A model generated the notes under the pieces. It worked only from the letters and a program-made list of their open reading frames with translations, did not search any database and was not told where the DNA came from. The position numbers and the translations under genes are program-made. Positions 25,237 to 34,400 of a stretch of 64,000 nucleotides of DNA are shown here, piece by piece. The stretch is from Paramoeba atlantica (Eukaryota > Protista > Discosea), in assembly GCA_977017575.1 (NCBI GenBank), contig CDRNVI010000156.1:317503-381502 (forward strand), written 5' to 3'. The first letter of the stretch is position 1. Every line of letters begins with the position of its first letter.

Positions 25237-25867
25237 GATGTTTACATACAAAAAAAAATCTTGATAATTTTTAACCATATAATTTGATTTTTGGTTGAGA
25301 AAAGCTCGAAGTTGGTTTTTTTCCTGTTTCACCCTTTTTTGTTTTGTTTTTTTGTTTTTTTCTTTTTGATGGAACTTTTGGTTGAATCACCAGACTAATG
25401 GACACTCTTTTGACTGCTGTTTGGGAAGCAGTGACTTGGCCTTTCTCCTTTGGTTTTCTTGCGGTTCACAGAAAAGCAAATCTTTTAGGATGAATCGTGT
25501 GGTGGTTTTTAATTGACAACTTTTTTAGGTTGGGTTTCTCTTTGGGTCAATTCTCTTTTCAGTCCGATCTGTTGCAAAACTTGTTGGCTGGATTTATCTC
25601 GCAGGTTTTTTTGTTTTTTTTCTCTGGGTTGAGACTCCTTTTTTTGATGAATTTTTCTTTATCCCTAAAGGAACCATTGTCCGAATTCTGGTTGACTTTC
25701 TCTTCTGGGGTTTCATTCGATTTTTAAGAAAAATTGTTGATTTTAAACGAGTTCGTTAGTTTCGTATCTTTCTTTTGTTTTTTTGAAGGAGAAGAAAAGA
25801 ACGAAAAGAAAAAGATCAAAGGAAATGTGCATTTTAGTGAATTCAGAAATGATGTTTTCATGTAAAT
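25237..25867 (+). repeat. Lipase 5' module copy F1 (promoter + 4 short exons), orphaned from the lipase body
   Basis: Nearly identical to 29060-29696 and in part to 31340-31803. Splices to MDTLLTAVWEAVTWPFSFGFLA|VGFIFGSILFSVRSVAKLVGWIYLA|GTIVRILVDFLFWGFIRFLRKIVDFKRV|REEKNEKKKIKGNVHFSEFRNDVF. Confidence 0.8.
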
Positions 25868-25950
25868 GTCAGAATGGTCGAGCGGGCTATGACGTGTGAC
25901 TCGAAATCACATCCTGGAAACGGGGCGCAGGTTATGTTTGCTGCTTTCTG
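25868..25950 (+). pseudogene. tRNA-Ser(CGA) pseudogene, T-arm/B-box and 3' acceptor strand decayed
   Basis: Matches the intact tRNA up to GGCGCAGGTT, then diverges (ATGTTTGCTGCTTTCTG). Confidence 0.85.
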
Positions 25951-26088
25951 TTTTGGTGTTTGGTCTTGATCTTCTTGTTTTGGCTGAGCATCTTTTATTT
26001 TTTATCTTTCAAAATTTTCCTTTCGGGAAATTTTTTTCAAGAGACACTCAGACTTTTTTTGACATTGATTTTATCTTTATTCATCAGG

Positions 26089-27987
26089 ATGGTTGTGTCA
26101 GCGAAGAGAAAGCAACAACTGAAGGCAGCTGCTAGGGCAAGACAAAAGAAGAAAGAGATCATGGGGGTCCAAGGACAATCTTGTGGGAAGAAACCAATCC
26201 CCTTACTTTCTGAATGGGCTACAATTTGAGGGGAGGAAACAGCAACAAGAGAACGACGAAAGGCAAAAAAACTTGAAGAAAGAAATGAACCTGAGGTGAT
26301 CAAAAATGATGATGCAATGCGTGATGTTAATAAGGTTGATGATGATCCTGTGATGATTGGTGTTCGGGGGAAAAGCCAGAAACAAACAGGACGACCTCGA
26401 AAAGAAATTGGAACCTTGAGTGTCTCTCGCCGAAAACAGCTTGCTCAACAAAAAGGTAATCAAATAGATGCCCTTTTGAATGAACATATTGCTCCTCTGA
26501 TCAGAGATGATGGAATTACACAAACTCTTGAGTTTCAATACCGGTGGACAAGTGAACTCACTGGTGAACAAATTGTGAGGGAGGTTGTTTGGGAACCAGA
26601 GATGAAACTCTTTCAATCTTTCCGCCCAAAGAAGAAGATTGATGTCCTATCTGTGCAACAGACAAGAAAATTCGTGGTTTAAAAGTTCTGTATGAATATT
26701 CCTCCTCGCCAATGAGCCCACGGATGCTCCAAAACATCCTCCAGGCTGTTGGCTCTGACCTCAAGAGTAAGGGTTTGAAAGTTTTCATTTTTTTAAAAAA
26801 ATATACTTCTATTTTATTATCAGGGGATGCTATGTGCAGCAGAAGTTGGCAAAAGAACTTGATGAATTGTTGGATCACCATATTCCAATTCAACAAGTGA
26901 AAGAAGGGGTTGATGCCCATTTTGTTGGTCCTGTGATTCTTCTCTCGATTGTGCTCCCTACGCTCAACCTTCCTCCTGGTGAGCCTGTTTGTGTTGTTTT
27001 TTCTGGAGATGGGCGAAAGCCTGGGAAGAACCACGGGGTTGTGTTGATACACTGAAAATTATTTTACAAGAAGGAAAAGAGAAAGTTTATCCGATTGCAA
27101 TTGCTCGAGGGACAGAGGGGTACGAGAACTTGAAGCTTCTTTTTGATGTGTTATGAGATTCTTTAATTCAATTGAAGAGCAAAACATTTCCTGTGGATTT
27201 GCAATCTCTGAAATGCTGGTTGTTGGTCTTTTCGAGTGATGGAAAATTTTTATTGACCTGTTTGGGGCTCTGTGTTGCAAATGGAAAATTCTCTTGTCCC
27301 TTTTGTTTTATTCCCAACTCTCATTGGACATGATGTTTATGAGGACAGTTGAAACCATGTAACTATTTGAGAAAGAATTTTAGTAATCTGAGTTCTTCCT
27401 CTACAACATGCCCTGTTCACAAGTGTTGTCCAGCTGCAAAGCATATGGTGTGAAGCGAAAAAATCTCCTCGATAGAATTTTTACCTTTGAGGATATTATT
27501 TTGGATGAACTTCATCTTTTTCTCAGATTGTGGGACTTAATTCTTGATATTTTGCTGGGAAAAGTGGAAGTCTATGATCGAGAGGATACCAATAATTGTG
27601 GAGTCCATTGACAGGAGATAAAGCAAAAATTCTTTTGGGTGGTCTTGTGAAAAAAGGAAAGATTTGATGAAAACTCTCTTCTTGATTGATGGAGAAAGTG
27701 TCCACCTGCCTGAAAATGACAGGTTGAAGAATGAAGCTGGGCACCAGATACAATTTGATCGAATTTTTCCTTTGTTTAAAGGGTTGAGTGAAATTGTTGA
27801 TTATTTACGGGATGGTCGGGGCAAACTGAAGGATCGAAGCGATTACAACGAGTGTGTGAAAAATTTCTTCAAGGTTTTGTCAATTGGGTGGGGGAGCACA
27901 ATAATAAATAAAAAAAAATTTCAAAAAGGAAGAGCACGATTCAACCTGAACAAAAAAGTATTTGCCAATGATGGCCATGTTAATTAA
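26089..27987 (+). mobile_element. Decayed RAG1-core/Transib/Chapaev-like DDE transposase
   Basis: Motifs in RAG1/Transib order: GRPRKEIGTLS (26389), VFSGDG (27008), GTEGYENL, FSSDGKFL (27238), FSCPFC (about 27295), ILDELHLFLR (27501), WSPLTGDKAKILL (about 27598). Several stops and frameshifts; the C-terminal His/Glu region appears missing; no TIRs found. Confidence 0.7.
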
Positions 27988-28242
27988 ACGAAAAGTTGGG
28001 AGTAAGACCTGTTGAAAAACTTTTGTTGAAAAATATACATACGAAAAAATTGTTTTGGAAACAATTCAGAGTTTCGAAAAAAAGTTCCCTCCTTCCATTT
28101 TATTTCGGAAAAAGGAAAAGTGTTTTGTGGTTTTACAACACGAAAACAGCAGAGAACGGTCCGCACCGGCACACCCTCCCACACCACACGTGGTTGTGTT
28201 TTGGTGCCTTTTTTCGTTTTCCTTCCTCATTTTGAATTCAAA

Positions 28243-28520
28243 ATGTCAGCTGACCAACAACAAATTGCACTCCTTAGAGCAGAGATGAGAGAGATGAGAG
28301 AAGAGATTGCACAAAGGGAGGAACAGTTTAGAGAAGAGATTGCAAGAGAGAGAAGAGATGGGGAGGAAAGAGAGAGACAAAGGGAGGAACAGTTTAGAGA
28401 AGAGATTGCACAAAGGGGCGAAGAGTTTAGAAAAGAGATTGCACAAAGGGACGAACAGTTGAGAGAAGAGATTGCAGGACAGAAAAAGAAAGAAAATGAT
28501 GAAGAGAAACAATATTGTAC
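28243..28520 (+). CDS. Short coiled-coil repeat ORF (REEIAQREEQF-type repeats), function unknown
   Basis: MSADQQQIALLRAEMREMREEIAQREEQFREEIA...; about four imperfect 33-bp repeats; downstream exons unresolved. Confidence 0.4.
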
Positions 28521-29059
28521 GTCTTTCTCTCTCTTTTTTTCCCCTTTTATTCACACTCCTGTTTTTCTGAAGGCTTCAATTTGTTAATCAGATGATGCTG
28601 CTGCTTACTTTTCTGGACTTTTTTGTTTGCCCAATATTTGGGGCACCCCGTCCAATACCCATCAATCCTGTTTTTTCTCATTTTTTCAAATCTCCTTCTT
28701 TTCCTTCTTTTTCTGGTCGGATCTAATTATTTTTTGTCTTTTTTTTATTTAAGGGCCATCTACCCCTCACTTTTTTCCGTCTTCCTCGCCTTCAAGTTCA
28801 AAAAAAAAACTTTGAATTATCTTTTCTTTGGATTGGGATTCCTGGTGGCTCTTTTTCTGGTTTGCAGAAAAGGTTCCAATATTCTTTCCAAGATTGAAAT
28901 GTGATAGACCAGACAGAGGAGTCTCTTTCCAGGGGAGATCCACTTCTTCTTCCCTCTTCCGTTTTCTTTCCCCACTCAAAAGTGGCCAACTTGTTTTTAC
29001 TAAAAATGGTTTTTAGCGGTTCCGGAAACAAATATTTGCACGACGAGAATTTTCTTGGT

Positions 29060-29696
29060 GTGATGTTTACATACAAAAAAAAATCTTGATAATTTTTAAC
29101 CTTCTAATTTGATTTTTGGCTGAGAAAAGCTCGAAGTTGGTTTTTTTCCTGTTTCACCCTTTTTTGTTTTTTTTTTTTTGGTTTTTCTTTTTTTGATGGA
29201 ACTTTTGGTTGAACCACCAGACTAATGGACACTCTTTTGACTGCTGTTTGGGAAGCAGTGACTTGGCCTTTCTCCTTTGGTTTTCTTGCGGTTCACAGAA
29301 AAGCAAATCTTTTTGGCTGAATCACATGGTGGTTTTTAATTGACAACTTTTTTAGGTTGGGTTTATCTTTGGGTCAATTCTCTTTTCAGTCCGTTCTGTT
29401 GCAAAACTTGTTGGCTGGATTTATCTCGCAGGTTTTTTTGGTTTTTTTTCTCTGGGTTGAGACTCCTTTTTTTGATGAATTTTTCTTTATCCCTCAAGGA
29501 ACCATTGTCCGAATTCTGGTTGACTTTCTCTTCTGGGGTTTCATTCGATTTTTAAGAAAAATTGTTGATTTTAAACGAGTTCGTTAGTTTTGTATCTTTC
29601 TTTTGTTTTTTTTGAAGGAGAAGAAAAGAATGAAAGGAAAAAGATCAAAGGAAATGTGCATTTTAGTGAATTCAAATTGGATGTTTTCACGTAAGT
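29060..29696 (+). repeat. Lipase 5' module copy F2
   Basis: Direct repeat of F1; ATG at 29225; ends at donor GTAAGT (29691-29696) immediately before the tRNA 5' half. Confidence 0.85.
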
Positions 29697-29724
29697 GTCA
29701 GAATGGTCGAGTGGTCTAAGACGT
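29697..29724 (+). pseudogene. tRNA-Ser 5' fragment (nt 1-28)
   Basis: GTCAGAATGGTCGAGTGGTCTAAGACGT, followed by unrelated sequence. Confidence 0.85.
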
Positions 29725-29799
29725 ACTTTTTCTTGATGAGTGAAATTGAAGAAAAAAATCAATAAAAAAAAATACAAACCAAAAATTTTTTATTTCTTT

Positions 29800-31004
29800 T
29801 TGAAATGATACAAACAAATATCTTTTCCGGCCATCGCAGCGTTCTTGCACCCAGAATAGCCGTTCTTGTTTAAAACTTCCGAACACATTTTTTTTGGCCT
29901 CATTTTTGGCCTCATTTTTGTGTCTTTCTGATCTTTTTCACTCTGTACTCTTAATCTCTCCTCTCTCTCTCTCTCTTGTTTCTCCTCTCTTTCTCTCTCT
30001 TGTTTCTCCTCTCTTTCTTTCTCTTGTTTCTCCTCTCTTTCTTTCTTCTCCTGAAGTCTGTTCTGTTCTCTCTCTCTCTTATCATTTTCCGCCTGTTGTC
30101 GGACCTTTGCGAGTTCTTCAATCAGTTGCTTATGTTCGAGCTTCTTTTTTTCTTCTTTTTCTTTTTTTTCGTTCTTCTTTTTCTGCTTTCTCTCTCTCAG
30201 CTCTTTCTTTTCTTTTCAATGAACTTTGTCGATCGAATTCATTTTCCCATTTTCGAACTCCGTCAGTTTTTCTGTGTTCCTTTGCCTTATTGGCAGTAGG
30301 AGTTAATAGTTGGAGATTTGACAATTGATAATCGTGAACGTCTCCATTCACATGATCTATTTCCAACTGACCCTTTTTTTTCTTTGTTAAAAAATGAGAG
30401 TAAAGGGTTTTTGAAAATAAAAACCTGGAGGATGGATAAATGCTGTTTGGATTCATCCCGATTTGGAGCCCCCCACAAAAGCGCGACCGCTCGATGGATT
30501 CGAATAGTTTTGCCCCCGATATTCGTTTTCGGGTATTTTTTTGGGTCTTTCAAAAGTCATCCACTCAATAAAACAGAACAATTTAATTCCAAAAAATGGG
30601 CATTACCCTTTGAACGAGCTTTAAGTTTATGCTTTGTCCTGTCGAAAGGTCTTGACCCGTCGTTCGGGAAACCCACACTCGATGGATCTTCTTCAAGGGT
30701 CAGAGAGGAAAAAGGAAGGGGTTATACGAGAATTTTTTACATGGAACATTGAGGACATTGTGCTCTACCAAAAAATAACGATATCTTTTCTCCTTAAAAA
30801 CGTCAACGCCGTAGGGTATCCAGGCGTCCTTGTTCTCTCCCTGATCAGGGACCCAAACAAAGGATTCAACTGTTTCGAATTATAAAAGAGAAAGAGAGAA
30901 AGAGATTGGAAATGGGAGACGAACCTCCTGAGGCCATGGCGTCAAGAAAATTGTCAAATGTCCTTGCGGAAAACCCATCGCCACCACAACGATGTAAAAT
31001 CGTC
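29800..31004 (-). pseudogene. Intron-containing HNH (HNH_3/NUMOD4-like) endonuclease gene with K/E/R-rich linker and C-terminal CCCH-type finger; disrupted
   Basis: An in-frame splice gives GGKTIRIHRAVALLWG...SILQ|GQLEIDHVNGDVHDYQLSNLQLLTPTANK (IHRxVA...DHxNGDxxDxxxxNL...N). Terminal CSEVLNKNGYSGCKNAAMAGKDICLYH at about 29810-29890. Frameshifts in A-runs and TGA stops. Confidence 0.7.
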
Positions 31005-31092
31005 GCTAAATTTAGCCAGATATCTAAAAGTTCGCCAATTTCGGTGACGTCACCGTAATTGGCAAACTTTTAGATATCTGGCTAAATTTAGC
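31005..31092. repeat. 88-bp near-perfect palindrome (44-bp arms, 2 mismatches, no spacer)
   Basis: GCTAAATTTAGCCAGATATCTAAAAGTTCGCCAATTTCGGTGAC|GTCACCGTAATTGGCAAACTTTTAGATATCTGGCTAAATTTAGC; centre 31048/31049; pairing checked base by base. Confidence 0.97.
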
Positions 31093-31191
31093 CAAATTAT
31101 TGATACCCCAAATCGGTTGTTTTCGTTCTTTTTTTTGTTTCTTTTTTTTTCGTTCTTCTTCTGCGAACCTGGCAAATGTATCCATGTAAAT

Positions 31192-31275
31192 GTCAGAATG
31201 GTCGAGTGGTCTATGACGTGTGACTCGAAATCACATCCTGGAAACGGGGCGTAGGTTCAAATCCTGCTTCTGACG
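31192..31275 (+). tRNA. tRNA-Ser(CGA), intact, 84 nt, long variable arm
   Basis: Acceptor GTCAGAA/TTCTGAC, D-stem GTC/GAC, anticodon stem TGTGA/TCACA with loop CT-CGA-AA (31226-31228), variable arm CCTG-GAAA-CGGG, T-arm GTAGG-TTCAAAT-CCTGC, G73, downstream T-run. Confidence 0.95.
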
Positions 31276-31411
31276 TCTCTTTTTTTTTTAGAATTTGTTT
31301 TGTTTTTATTTGGTGTCCCCCTTTTTATTTTTTGTTTTTTTTTTTTTGTTTTTTTTTTTTTGGTTTTTTTTCTTTTTTTTTGATGGAACTTTTGGTTGAA
31401 CCACCAGATTC

Positions 31412-34400
31412 ATGGACACTCTTTTGACTGCTGTTTGGGAAGCAGTGACTTGGCCTTTCTCCTTTGGTTTTCTTGCGGTTCACAGAAAAGCAAATCTTTT
31501 AGGATGAATCATGTGGTGGTTTTTAATTGACAACTTTTTTAGGTTGGGTTTATCTTTGGGTCAATTCTCTTTTCAGTTCGATCTGTTGCAAAACTTGTTG
31601 GCTGGATTTATCTCGCAGGTTTTTTTGTTTTTTTTCTCTGGGTTGAGACTCCTTTTTTTGATGAACTTTTTCTTTATCCCTAAAGGAACCATTGTTCGAA
31701 TTCTGGTTGACTTTCTCTTCTGGGGTTTCATTCGATTTTTAAGAAAAATTGTTGATTTTAAACGAGTTCGTTAGTTTTGTATCTTTCTTTTGTTTTTTTG
31801 AAGGACGAGAAAAAGAAAGAGAAAACTAAGGGCGCAAAGAAAAAAGAAGAAGACACGAAAAGAAAAAGAAAGAGAAAATGAAAAAGGAACCCAAACCAAA
31901 ACGAGAACAGAGAGAGAGGTGATGAGCTCAATGGAAATCAATTTGCAAGGGAGAGAGAAAGAGAAGAGAGAAAAAGAAAAGGAAAAAAAAAGAAAAGAGA
32001 AAAAGAAAAAAGAGATAAAAGAGAAGAGAAGGCGGTGACTCGAAATCACATCCTGGAAACGGGGCGCAGGTTCAAATCCTGCTTCTGACGTCTCTTTTTT
32101 CCCCATTTTTTTTCCCAATTTTTAGTTCTCGAAATGTGTCCTCTTATGAAGAATGGAAGTCAATGTCAGAGGAATGGTACAAAGAACAGGAAAAATGGAG
32201 AAACCAAACTGAAACCTCTTCTTATGATTGGGTTTGGATGATTTCTGAAACTGAGGTCTTTTTTTTTTTCTTTTTTTTTCTTTTTTTTTCTTTTTTTTTC
32301 TTTTTTTTTCTTTTTTTTTCTTTTTTTTTCTTTTTTTTTCTTTTTTTTTCTTTTTTTTTCTTTTTTTTTTTTCGTTTTTTGATCCGATTTTCGACACCTG
32401 TTTCTGACACCTGTTTCTGACACCTGTTTTCTGCTCTCTCCAGCAACTGAGACGAATGATCGCTCAAGATAATGCTCATCAAGTTCAATTTTGCCTTCGA
32501 GGAGGTTTCTTTCTCTTTTCTCTTTTCTCTTTTCTCTTTTCTCTTTTCTCTTTTTGGATGATATTCTCTTTTTGGATGATATATTGATGTATTCTCTCTC
32601 AGGGATTATGTCGAGATCACATTGTCGTTTGGACAATCCGCGACTTCATGCTGTCACCCCTCTTGGCACAAAATATAAAATTGAGGTTTATTTTTTAAAA
32701 GATGAAGTGATAATTTGGTGGAAAGAGTTTTAAATCTTGGAAAATAGGAATATTTGGACCAGGTTGAGCTTGCGATTGACTATTTAACACAAACAAGTTT
32801 TCCTTTTTTCTTTGTTTTCTTTGTTTTCTTTGTTTTCTTTGGTTCTTTTGGTTCTTTTTCTTTTAACTTTTTGATTGAAAAATTTGTTTGAACAGAGAAG
32901 TTACGATACTCTGAGAAATTAGAATTTTTTCAACAAATGCAAAATACACTTGGACGAACAGCTCTGTGTCTTTCTGGTGGTGGGGCTTTGGCTATCTGTC
33001 ATGCTGGTTTATTTTCTTTTTCTTTTCTCCCATTCTTCCTCTTTTCTCCCATTCTTCTTCTTTCTTGAGCCTTTTCGATAACTTTCTGTCTTTTTTTCTT
33101 TTTTCTTTTTCACTTCTTTAAATAAGGGGTGATAAAGGCTTTGTTGGAACACAATTTAGTTCCGAATGTCGTCTCTGGCACAAGTGGAGGTACTGTTCCT
33201 CTGAACTTTTTTCTTTCTCCATTTTTTCTCTTCCCAAAAATCTGATACTAATTTCCCCTCAGGTTCAATTGTGGGAGGCTATCTTGCAATAAGAACAAAT
33301 GAAGAACTTTTAAACGAAATTATCAAACCAGATATTGTCGATCGACATGGCCCTCTTTTACCGCCAATCAGTGAGATGTTATCGCGATTTTTGAGAACAG
33401 GGACCGCCATTCCGAATCGTCTTTTTGAAGAAACTGTTCAAGTTCAATTTTCTTTTTTCAAAGATTTTTTTTTGTTGGTTTTTCGTTTGTGGTGATTCCA
33501 AAAAATCATGTCTTGGTTGCCCTCTTCTCTGTCGATTTTTTCTTCTTTTTTTGAATCGAGAAAAAATAGAAACATTATGGTGATGAAACGTTTGGAACAG
33601 CATTTCAGAAGACAGGTCGCCATGTCTCGATCACTGTGACAAAGGTTGCGGGTGCTGGGGCTTCTCAAAAGGTACTTTTTCTTTTCGTTTCTTTTTTCGT
33701 TGGATCTTTCGAATTTTTGATTTGACTGAATCAGTTGTTTTTCTTTTTCTTAGCAAACATCTCTGCTTTTGAATCATCTAACTTTTCCAGATATTCTCAT
33801 TTGGAGTGCTGTGGCAGCTTCTTGCGCTCTTCCGGGTTCATATTTTGTTTTTCTTTTTTGTTACAATGATTAAAATTTCCGTTGTTGATATTTATATCCT
33901 AGGTTTACTCGATCCAGTGGTGTTAATGATGCGAGCTCCGAGTGCCACATCAAAAGAAGAAAGAACAGAAGGAATTCCAGTGTTTCCAGGAGGAGTGAGA
34001 TGGCGAGATGGTTCGATTTTAGCAGATATTCCACTATCACAGATGCGTCGCCAGTTTGGTGTGAATCAATATATTGTTTCTCAGACAAACCCACATGTCA
34101 GGTTTGATCTTTCTATTTTTATGACTTTACTTTGGCTGTTCCGATATTTTTAAAAAAACTCATTTCTTTTTTGATAGTCCCTTTGCAAAGAGGCACGCTG
34201 CAGCAGAAAACACTACACTTCTAGAAGGGGCAGAGAATTATGCTCTCGAAGGAATCAAAAGGCGGCTTATTCGAATCGGTCAGAGTGGTGTTTTACCAAA
34301 AGTATTGGGGCAAGATGTTTCTGGTGTGTTATTACAAAGTTATTCCTCAACAACCGAGGATACAATTGCTGTGTTACCTCGTTTGAGCCCTTTGGATGCG

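Noticed and set aside
26227-27342. TGA recoding (alternative genetic code) to explain in-frame stops
   Set aside because: Host genes here terminate at TGA (Rac, Elongin-B-like, SPRY), and the elements also contain frameshifts.
25950-28240. Terminal inverted repeats or RSS-like heptamer (CACAGTG/CACAATG) around the RAG1-like relic
   Set aside because: No convincing pair or 5-bp TSD found by eye, so element boundaries are undefined.
29725-32034. Helitron interpretation of the insert
   Set aside because: The termini lack TC...CTRR and an A|T target, and there is no Rep/helicase ORF.
32122-32636. Poly-Lys/Glu and poly-Phe ORFs
   Set aside because: Artefacts of the intronic (T9C)n minisatellite.
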